20,000 nt of DNA from IMG/VR virus record IMGVR_UViG_3300028129_000011; one strand, written 5' to 3'. The position numbers and the translations under genes were made by a program. Of the stretch, positions 1-9,800 are shown one piece after another (position 1 is the stretch's first letter; every line of letters starts with the position of its first letter). The DNA is from an uncultured virus (IMG/VR IMGVR_UViG_3300028129_000011) (Duplodnaviria; Heunggongvirae; Uroviricota; Caudoviricetes). Below the pieces are notes generated by a model. The model saw nothing but the letters and a program-made list of their open reading frames with translations, had not been told where the DNA came from and made no database searches.

Positions 1-117
1 GGAAGTAATAATAACGTAGTTGTAAGTCAAGCTACTGATTGTTTGGTTCCTGGCTTTAGTGGGTTGGTTACATCAGACAATCCAGATACTCGTGGATATG
101 TATTTACCATAGTGTAA
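1..117 (+). CDS. 3' end of upstream (probably structural/tail) gene, partial
   Basis: Frame 1 is open from base 1 (GSNNNVVVSQATDCLVPGFSGLVTSDNPDTRGYVFTIV) to TAA at 115-117, followed by a second TAA. It lies 27 nt upstream of the next structural ORF. Confidence 0.6.
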   Translation, partial: GSNNNVVVSQATDCLVPGFSGLVTSDNPDTRGYVFTIV

Positions 118-144
118 TAAGAATGAAAAATAAGTAATAATTAT

Positions 145-1545
145 ATGGGAGCAGTTATAGAAGTTAAATATTTTAACACTTTTCTACTTAGAAAAACAAA
201 TAGAAATGTATCAGGTGGAGGAAGTTCTACTCAGTCTCCAGCTTGGAATGGTTCCACAGGTATACCTAGTTCTGTTAACGGTGGGTATCCTGTTATTGAT
301 AGTGCAGATATTGTAGATAATAATTGGGTGATAGAGGAATCTAGAATAAGAGGAGGATACAATAATACAAGTGTAGATTTTGGAGTTAGAGCTTATGTAG
401 TAGAAGACGAGCCTAAAGGTTTTAGAAGAGCAAATTCTTTAATATACTCAGGCATATTTAATTCTAGAACAGGTATAAATAATACTAATGTATTTTCTGT
501 AGGAGAAGAAATAACTAAATCAGCTGACCCAGCTAATGGCAGTATACAAAAGCTATATTCTGAAGACACAAACCTTATTGTGTTACAAGAATCTAAAGTT
601 TCTAGAGCTTTAATAGATAAAGACGCTATATATAGTGCTGAAGGAGGAGGTAGTATAACTAATGTTAATACTACTATAGGCACAATACAACCTTATGCTG
701 GTAATTTTGGTATAAGTAGAGATCCAGGTAGTTTTGCCGTTTATGGATATAGAAAGTATTTTACAGATAGAGATAGAAATACAGTTATAAGATTATCAAT
801 GGATGGCATCACTGAAATATCTAGATACGGTATGAGTGATTACTTTAGAGATGAATTTTCTAATATTGATACATCTGGTTTAAGTGGCGTTGTAGTAGGT
901 GGTTGGGATACGTACAACAAGCAGTATGTTATTTCAACTATGACTAATATTAATTCAACTAATAATAGTTATAATACGTTATCATTTGACGAGGATGTTA
1001 AAGGTTTCCCTAGTTTCTTTACTTACAAACCTGATCAAATGTTCAGTGTTAGAGGTAGTTTCTATAGTTTAAAAAACGGTAGAATATGGAAACACTATAG
1101 TGACGACGTTAATAGAGGTAGTTTTTACGGAGATAATTCTTATGACACTACTAAAAGCTATATAGAATTCGTATTTAATCCAAACGTTAGTGCATCTAAA
1201 GTTTTTAAAACAATAAACTATGAAGGCAGTAATGGTTGGAAAGTTGAAAGTTTTATAACCGATGTTGGTGATAAATCTAACATTGTATACAGTTACAACG
1301 AAGGAGCTTATCAAGAAGGTGGTGTGACTTATAGAGTTGGTTTTAATAATAAAGAAAATAAATACCACGCAGACTTAATAAATAACTCAGGTGTAAATCC
1401 TGGGGAAGTTGTATGGGGTAACAACATGACAGGTGTTAAAGGGTATTTTAGCACAGTTAAAGTATCTACAGATCAAACAACAGACCCTGGTGGTTTAAAA
1501 GAGTTATTTGCTGTGTCATCTAACTTTGTAGAATCATCTTACTAA
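145..1545 (+). CDS. Tail stabilization protein / tail tubular protein B-like (nozzle)
   Basis: 466-aa beta-rich ORF with motifs recognised from Bacteroidota podophage stabilization proteins (IEESRIRGGYN, LIYSGIFNSRTGIN, GSIQKLYSEDTNL, YFTDRDRNTVIRLSMDG, KVFKTINYEGS, KELFAVSS). It sits immediately upstream of the ejection-type genes. Confidence 0.75.
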   Translation: MGAVIEVKYFNTFLLRKTNRNVSGGGSSTQSPAWNGSTGIPSSVNGGYPVIDSADIVDNNWVIEESRIRGGYNNTSVDFGVRAYVVEDEPKGFRRANSLIYSGIFNSRTGINNTNVFSVGEEITKSADPANGSIQKLYSEDTNLIVLQESKVSRALIDKDAIYSAEGGGSITNVNTTIGTIQPYAGNFGISRDPGSFAVYGYRKYFTDRDRNTVIRLSMDGITEISRYGMSDYFRDEFSNIDTSGLSGVVVGGWDTYNKQYVISTMTNINSTNNSYNTLSFDEDVKGFPSFFTYKPDQMFSVRGSFYSLKNGRIWKHYSDDVNRGSFYGDNSYDTTKSYIEFVFNPNVSASKVFKTINYEGSNGWKVESFITDVGDKSNIVYSYNEGAYQEGGVTYRVGFNNKENKYHADLINNSGVNPGEVVWGNNMTGVKGYFSTVKVSTDQTTDPGGLKELFAVSSNFVESSY

Positions 1546-1574
1546 AATATTAATAACATTAAAAAATATAAACA

Positions 1575-2324
1575 ATGCCTATACCATTAGTAGCAGCGGG
1601 TTTAATAACCGGAGGAGCACAAATATTGTCAGGTATATTTGGTTCTAGTCAAGCAGCAAGAGCTAGAAGAGCGGCAGCAGCTGAAAAGAAAAGACTAAGC
1701 AATAAATTAGAAAGCCTAGAAAATAGTAGACAAGCAATAGTAAATCCATATGCCAATGTAGAAAACTTATCTGGCATGATTGATAACCCTTATGAAAACC
1801 TAGGTGTAGCTACTCAAGCAGCAGAAATGCAAGCTGAGCAAGCTGACATAGCTTTAGCTAATACTTTAGATACTATAATGGCAACAGGCGCTAGTGCTGG
1901 TGGTGCAACCGCTTTAGCTCAAGCAGCTTTACAATCTAAAAAAGGTATATCAGCTAGTATAGAAATGCAAGAAGCTCAAAACGAAAAACTAAAAGCTCAA
2001 GGTGAACAACAAGCTCAACAATTAAAAATGCAAGAAACTGCTAGAGTACAAGGTTTAGAAGCTAGAGGTAAAGAATTTATGTTTAACGCTCAAGAAACTA
2101 GAGAAATGCAGCAGTTAGATAGAGTTTCAGCTCAATTAGCTGGTGCTCAAGCTAGAGAAGCACAAGCTAGAGCAGATCAAACAGGTGCAATAACAAGTGC
2201 TATTGGTGGAGTTGCAAGTACTTTTGGTAGTATGGCTTCAGCTGGAGTTTTTAAAGGTGGTAGCGGTGCTACTGGTGGTTTTAACCCTGGTTTTACCATT
2301 GATAGAAGTCCAATAAAAGTTTAA
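1575..2324 (+). CDS. Probable internal virion / DNA ejection protein (small; P22 gp7 / T7 gp14 positional analogue)
   Basis: 249 aa. Gly/Ala-rich hydrophobic N-terminal helix (MPIPLVAAGLITGGAQILSGIFG), Ala/Gln-rich coiled coil, second Gly/Ala hydrophobic segment near the C-terminus. First of three genes of increasing size after the tail gene. Confidence 0.65.
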   Translation: MPIPLVAAGLITGGAQILSGIFGSSQAARARRAAAAEKKRLSNKLESLENSRQAIVNPYANVENLSGMIDNPYENLGVATQAAEMQAEQADIALANTLDTIMATGASAGGATALAQAALQSKKGISASIEMQEAQNEKLKAQGEQQAQQLKMQETARVQGLEARGKEFMFNAQETREMQQLDRVSAQLAGAQAREAQARADQTGAITSAIGGVASTFGSMASAGVFKGGSGATGGFNPGFTIDRSPIKV

Positions 2325-2330
2325 TATAAA

Positions 2331-3812
2331 ATGAGTTATAGAAATCCACAACAAGTAATAGATACGCAAACAGGTCAACATTATAGAAATTTACAAAATG
2401 TTATATCCAGTACGTTTGCAGGTGTAGCTCAAAGCTATAAAGCTGAGCAAGATAAATTAGAAAAAGAGCAAGAAGCAAGAGAAGCTAGAAATAAAGCAAT
2501 AGTAGATTTCAATCAAAAGCAAGAAGACGCTATGATGAGTAGTGTCGCGAAGTTAAAAGCCAATAACCCTACATTAGATACATCGTCTATATACGATATG
2601 ATTGATATGTATAGTGATATTAAAAACGCTATAGATTTGGGAACTATAACTGACAAAGAAGAGCTTAGAAAAATGAGAGAGCAATTAGCTCAAATAAAAT
2701 CTATACCTGACGGCTTAAATACTTCTCTAGTTGGTTTTGGTGCGTTATCTGAAGATTTTACTGAGTACATGGCTAAAGCTGGCAAAAAAGGTGGTTTAGA
2801 TTTAAAATCAGCAGATACTACATTGTTAAATCACTTAAATGTTTTCTTAAATAAAAGAAAAGGAGAAAGAAAGTTTCAAACTCAGTTTGATGAAAACGGT
2901 AATATGCGAACTGGTATATTTTTAAAATCAAGTGAAGAGAGTGATGAGGGTAAATTCTACACTAAAGATGAGCTAGTTTCTTATATGGATGGTGTTACAG
3001 GTGGTTTACCAGCAATACCAGATGATACTGAAGCTTCGGAAGAACTAATGAGTAATGTTTTTGGTATAGATCCAATTACTAAAAAAAGAACTATGCCTAC
3101 ACCAGGTATTGTAGATAAAATTAATGTTAGACAAAGAGATGGTAGCATTAAAGTTGAAGAAAGAATAAACGAAGAAAAATTAAAAGAAAAATTAAAACCT
3201 ATTGCTTTAGGTAATGTTTCTTCTTGGGGTGACAATGGTATAGTGTCTTTTTATAACAACATGTTAAAATCAGGTGAACTTTTAAAAGATAAAGACGGTA
3301 AAGAAATTAAAGTTTTAACAACTGAAAATATAGATGAAGATACGAAAAATAAAATAACAGATTTGTATCTAAACAAGTTTATAAAAGACAAAGGTATATT
3401 AAACTATGGCAAAACCTTAGAAAAAGATACAACAACAAAAAGACCTAACATTTATTCAGGTAGTAATAATAAATCTAATAAAAAAGTAGAAATAGACACT
3501 TCTTTTATAGATGAAATGGATATAACTTTAGAAGGTGAATTTCCAGGTGCGGCTGTTGATTTTGACAAAATAGAGCTAACTTTAAAGAAAGAAGGTTTTA
3601 GAGTACTTAGTGAAAGATTGGTTGATGGCAAGAAGGAGTTAGATATAACAAAATCAGTTAAAGGTGCTGATAATTCTGTAACTATAACTGAAGATATGAC
3701 TCCTAAACAAATAAAAGACTTGTTGAAACTTGTTGAAACAGGATCATTACCTAAAGAAGATAAAGAACCGACAGGTTCAGAGGACGATCCATTTATCTAC
3801 AAACCACAATAA
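2331..3812 (+). CDS. Probable internal virion / ejection protein (medium)
   Basis: 493-aa helical, charged ORF with an N-terminal coiled coil. Function is inferred only from its position between the small and giant ejection-type genes. Confidence 0.55.
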   Translation: MSYRNPQQVIDTQTGQHYRNLQNVISSTFAGVAQSYKAEQDKLEKEQEAREARNKAIVDFNQKQEDAMMSSVAKLKANNPTLDTSSIYDMIDMYSDIKNAIDLGTITDKEELRKMREQLAQIKSIPDGLNTSLVGFGALSEDFTEYMAKAGKKGGLDLKSADTTLLNHLNVFLNKRKGERKFQTQFDENGNMRTGIFLKSSEESDEGKFYTKDELVSYMDGVTGGLPAIPDDTEASEELMSNVFGIDPITKKRTMPTPGIVDKINVRQRDGSIKVEERINEEKLKEKLKPIALGNVSSWGDNGIVSFYNNMLKSGELLKDKDGKEIKVLTTENIDEDTKNKITDLYLNKFIKDKGILNYGKTLEKDTTTKRPNIYSGSNNKSNKKVEIDTSFIDEMDITLEGEFPGAAVDFDKIELTLKKEGFRVLSERLVDGKKELDITKSVKGADNSVTITEDMTPKQIKDLLKLVETGSLPKEDKEPTGSEDDPFIYKPQ

Positions 3813-3825
3813 AAAATAATATAAT

Positions 3826-6800
3826 ATGCCTAAGTATAAATTATCAAGCGGTAAATTCATTATAGTTAAAGATGATGATGTTCAAGACTTCTTAAACTCA
3901 GATATCGGTAAAGGAGCTACGGTTGTAGAAGAAATAGCCACTCCTGTAGTTACAGAAGATTATGTTAAAACACCAGGTATAGACTTTGATGATTACTTAA
4001 AACCAGCAAAGACCGAAGACTCTGCGAGTGCGGATCCAACTGTGGAGTCAAAAGATATGGGATCCAAATTGGTAGATGGTTCTTTGGAATTCAAAGAATC
4101 TAATCAACAAGCTTTATTAAACTATAAAAAAAGAACTGGCAAAGAAGCAGGTTCTATAATGGATTTATCAGATGAAGACTATGAAACTCCTTTAGATAAA
4201 TTTAAACCAGTAGACTATAATAAAGTAGTAATAAATGGTAGAAAAAAAATAAAAAACTACGCTGACGAAAGAGTAAAGCTTGCGAAAAAATTAGAAATAT
4301 TTTCTTATGATCAATTTGGAGCAACAAACGAAGCTGTAGATTATGTTAAGCAAGGTTTAAAATCTTTTGATAAAAAAGTTGATAACGAAGTTAAAAATCT
4401 AGAATTAAACGACGAGTTTAAATTAAGAAACGATGCTTTAAATCAATTAATTAAAGACACTGGTAACACACAAGCTACAGGAGAAGCTGTTAAGGATGTA
4501 GGTAGTGAATTTAATGTTTTAAATGTATTTAGAGGTGCTAGTTACTATAAAGACATAGAAGCTGATGAAGTTATTTCCTTAAACGATGAAGTAGAGCAGA
4601 GCGTTTTAGATAAGTTAGATAAAAGATCTTTGCAGAAATTAGCTGGTGGTTTCTACACGTTACAAGAAAAAGAAAACTTGATAAATGAGTCTAAGTCAAG
4701 TATAATAGATACTAGAATAAAAACTTATAAAGATAATTTAGATAAAGCTACGTTTAACGTAGAGTCTAAATTAGATAATAATAAAAAGAAACTTAAAGAG
4801 CTTGAAAGTTTTATTAATCCTTTAGAAAATAGAGAAGACTTAACTCAAGAAGAAGCTAATAACTATAACGATGCTGTTAATCAATATAATAGCATATTAG
4901 CTGAATCTAAAAATATAGTAAAAGAGTATAATGAATACAAAACTATTGAAACTCAAAAAGTAGAATCATTAGAAGGTGAATTTGGTTTCGATGTAGCTAA
5001 AGGCGTTTTAAGAAACAACTTTAAGCTTACAGACAAAGTAGAGAAGTTTAGAGAAAAATATTCCGGTGAAGGTTTCTGGAATGGCGCCGCGGATATATTA
5101 GGAGGTGAAGTTCTTCAAGGTTTTTATCAGACAATGAAAAAAGCAACTGTCGGTAGTGTTACTTGGGCTATGGCAAACAGCGCTGATTTGCTCACGGATC
5201 AAGACTCTTATTCAGCTTATGATGCTTTTAGTGACGTTATTAATAACTGGTCAAATAAAACATTGGTACCTAGATCAACTAGTGAGGAATTTGATATAAC
5301 AAAAAAAGAAGGTGGCTTTAAAGATTTCTCAGCTAGAAATTATGCTAAGCTAGGTGCTTCTATGGTTCCATTTACAGGTTACTTAATAAGCGAAGTAAGG
5401 AAAGGTAAATACAATAACATAAAACAAGCTATAGGTGATACGTATTTAAAGTTTGGAAATAAAGGTAAAGTATTAAAAGACGCTTCACAAACCCTAAAAA
5501 ACAACATCATAATGGTTGATGCTACTTTTAGAGCAACTATACTTGACAACCAAAAAGAAGCTGAAGCTAAAGGTTTTAACGGCTTAAAAGCAAACTCTTA
5601 TGCAACTACAGTTTCAGCTACTGAAGCTATGGTACAAATGATAATGCCAGATACACAGTTTTTAAAAGGTGTTAAAGGTAAAGCTATTTTAGATAATTTC
5701 ACTGGCTCTTTGAAAAAAGCAGCTAATAAACAAGCTGTGATATCAGCTGGTAAAGAATTTACTACTAACGTGTTAAAAGAATACGGTGAGGAAGAGATAA
5801 ATGCTTTTGCTAACATGATAACAGACGTTTCTTATGGATTAGCACTACCAAAAACTAGTGACTTTTTAAACGAACAAATACAACTAACAGCTGGTACTTT
5901 GATGCTAAGTGGTAGCATGGGTTTAGTAGGTGCTGCTAATACTTATAGTAATCAAAAAAAGCTTGTATACAATCAAATACACGAAAACATAAACTCTTTA
6001 AACACTCACTTATTAGAGATAGCTAGAAAATCTAAAAACATTGAAGTCAAAGATGATATAGTAAAAGCTATGAAATTTGCTAAAGATGTTAGTCAAGCTA
6101 TTGAATCTTCACCTGAAAACGTTACTTCTGATCAAATAGATCTTTTAATAAAAAAGAAAAACCTTATCGATAAAAAATCTAAGACAGATAAATCTTTTCA
6201 TGTAGCTATAGATAAAAGCATTAACGAGATTAATGAAAAAATAGAAGCTGGCTCAATAAGGGAAAACGTAAGAAATAAGTTTGACGCGGATATAAAAAAT
6301 ATAAGTAAATCTTTAAATTCATCTGGAACAAGAGTAGATGAAACTATAGTTTTTGAAGATTCTGATGGTAGAACAGCAGCAGAAAAAATGAAAGAAAAGC
6401 TTTTAGAGCTTGGTAAGTCTGAAGAATTTGCTGAAGCAAATAAAAACTCATATGGTGCTTTTATAGTGGATAAAAACGGTAAAGAGTTGTTAATAGTAAA
6501 CAAAGAAGCTGCTGTTGCTAATAGTGTTGTGTCTACTGGTCAACATGAGTTTTTACATAAACTACTAAGATCTAGGTTTAAAAACAAACCTGAAGAGCTA
6601 AAAAAAGCTGCTAACTTATTAAAAGAGGAAGTAGAATCTATAAACAAAAAAACAGGTCAAGGTTATGATTTTATTAGTAGATTAAAAACATACGAAGAAG
6701 ATTTAGCTGAAGGAAATCTTAGCGAAAGCGGTTATTATGAAGAGGTGTTTACTCTTTTTTCAGAAGCTTTATCTAGTAAAGATATAAAAATAAATAAAAG

Positions 6801-9800
6801 CACTATAGGAAAAATTGGAGATTTTATTAGACAATCTTTTCAAAACGCTGGGTTTAAGAAAATAAAATTCAACAACGCTGACGACGTTAAAAACTTTATA
6901 ATAGACTACAACAAAGCTTATTCCAAAGGTAAGATTAAAGGTTCTTTAGCTGGTAAAACTAAAAGCTTTGCTATAGGATCTTCTATTTCTCTTAGTAAAT
7001 CAGTTGAGCAGATACAAAAAGAAATTATAGCTTTAGAAGAACAATATGATGAGCAAACTATAGACTACTATGATTTCGAAAATAGAATGGATATACTTGA
7101 AGCTGAATTAGAGAAAGCTAAAAAAGCTCCTAAGGAAACTCAAGTAAAACCTGTTAAAAAATCTACTCAATTAAGCGTACAAGATATAAAAGATCAAATA
7201 GAACAACTAGATGAAGATTTATATAGCGGAGTTATAGATGACATTGACTACGAGCAAAGATTAGATTTATTAGAAGAGAGATTAAAGCAAGCTGAATTAA
7301 GAGCAACTAATCCTAAAAAAGCTCAAGAGAATCAAGATAAGATAGTAAAACAATCTATAGATAAATTCAAAAAAGAAGTATCTGAAGAAACAGTATCTGA
7401 TAAAAACAAGAAAATAGCTAAAATAAACGAAGATATAGCTAATGAAATGTTGGAACTAGGTGCTAATCAAGTTTCAGATATAGAAGATCCTATTAAGCGT
7501 AAACAAATAATAGATAAGTTAGGTAGGAATAACTTAGGTGCTGTAACTAATTTGACAAAAAGAGCAGCAGCTGCAGGTAAAAACCTAGCTATAGATGATA
7601 ACCTTAAAATAGGTTATGATGAGTTTTTCTCTGGATTTAGTGAAGAATTATCAGCATTGATAAAATCATATAAGGTTGAAGTTGACGGTAAGAGAGTACC
7701 TTTTGGTGCTTACATGAATAAAAACTTACCTTTAAGATATGGACAGATATTAGATAATGCTTTAAAAGGTAGAATAGAAGGTTCTAAGAGCTTAGATGTT
7801 CAAGCTGGAGAGAAAGGTTATGCTGGATCTATAATAGCTGATAGAGCAGCAGATTTCGATGCTACTACTAGTGCTGAAATGGGATTACCTGTTGATGATC
7901 TTATAGATGTAACTACTTTTAGAAAAGTTAAAGATAAAGTAGAAACAATAAAAGAAAGTATAGATTTAACAGATGTTGACTTAGATAACTTAACTTATAG
8001 AAAAATACAAGATGATTATTCTGGTCAAGTTGGTGCTGAGTTAATTGGTATGTGGGATAGAAACGCTAAACCTGAAGCTGATCAAGATAGAAATGATTTC
8101 CAAAAACTAGCAGAAAGAATAGAAGGTACTAGAACTTTAAACTACGGTAAAGATACTGGTGGTGAAGCTGAGGTTAGAGCTATGCAAGGTTTATTCTTAG
8201 ACTACAATGATGCTGTTAAGTTTATAAAAACTATGCCTGAATTCAATGTTGCTCCTTTTGAGACAACTATCGATGAACAAGGTAGATCTATAGATTTAAC
8301 TGAAGATGCTAGAGGTTACAGTACAGGTATATCAAATAAATTACTTAAAGAGTTTTACGAACCATACATTGATCCAAAATCTAAAAGTTCTGACAAAGGC
8401 ACTAAAAGTAGAGCAATAACGTCTCCTTCAGGTAGAGGTAAAGGTAAAACATCTCAAGTAGCTAAAGTATATAGATTAAAACCTGAGTACAGAGGTAAAA
8501 TATCTAGACAAACAGTACAAGAGTTACAAAAAAAAATAGGTATAACACCTGCTGGTGAAGCATTCATACCTATGAAAGGTAAAAATAGAACTGAATTTGG
8601 TACTGCTTTACAAGGTTTAACTAAAATGTATGCTACTAACGTAGCTAATACTATAATTAGAAAGAAAATTGTAGAAGAAGGTCTTAGCTCTGAAAGAAAA
8701 ACACCTGAAAAACTATTAGCTGACATAGGTGGTGGTAAATCTAGTATTATGTTTAGTAGAGCAGCTGACCTAGGTTTAAATGTTCCTTTTGAAACACCTC
8801 AGTTAGGTAATGTATTGTTTTCTAAAAAAGCTAGAGCCGAATACGAAAGTGTACTTAGAAATAAGAGACCTGATTTAGAAAATCCAAGAGAACAAGTAGA
8901 TGAGTTAATAAAGTGGGGTGATGCTTTAAATGTTAAAGAAAATAAGAAGGCTAAGTACAAGAAGTTAGCGTTATATTATATGGCTAACGGCTTTGTTATA
9001 ATGCCAGAAGATGGTTACAAGGTTGTAGAAGCTATTAGGTTGGGTGAAGCAAATAAGGTAGATCCATACACTGTTAAAAACCCTAACGAACTTATAGAGA
9101 GATATCAAGCTAAAACTAAAGGCGCTAGAATAAATCCAGACGAAGTTGAACAGTTTTCAAATAAAAAAGCTTTAAAAGAAGGCGTTGTTGTATATGATGT
9201 TGAAGATTCTAAGAAAGGGCAGTTAGCTTTAAGGAAAGTTATTGACACTAATTGGGGTTATAAAGCAAACCCTTGGTGCTTAGCGGCTAGATCTGACGGG
9301 GCTGATTACATAGAAACCAACGAAGCAGAATCTAGAGAAGAAGCTGAAGAAATGATCGCTGATTACAAAGAAGCAGGGTATCATGCTAAAATAGAAGGTA
9401 CTTACACACATAAAGGTAAAGAGATTTTTGAGATAGCAGTATCTGAAATTGATAAAGACCCTGAAAAGCTGAGTCAAGCTTTTAAACTGTGGAAAAGTTA
9501 TAATGAAGAAGGTAATGGTTTTAAAATAGCTTTTCAAAACGGTAAATTAATTTCTTTTAGAGATGGTGACAAAATGGAATGGTGGGATAGAATGGATAGA
9601 GGTTCTGTAAATATACCTTTGAAACCGTTAGATAAAAGCAAAAAACAACACTTAAAAAACTTAAATGAAGAAAAACAAATGGATCCTGAAACAGGTGAAG
9701 TTTTTATTTCAAAAAGAATTACAGAAAACACTATAGATGGTGGTGCTATCGAAAAGATAACTTATGTTGCAAATCCTGATACTAGAGAGCTTATAATAAA

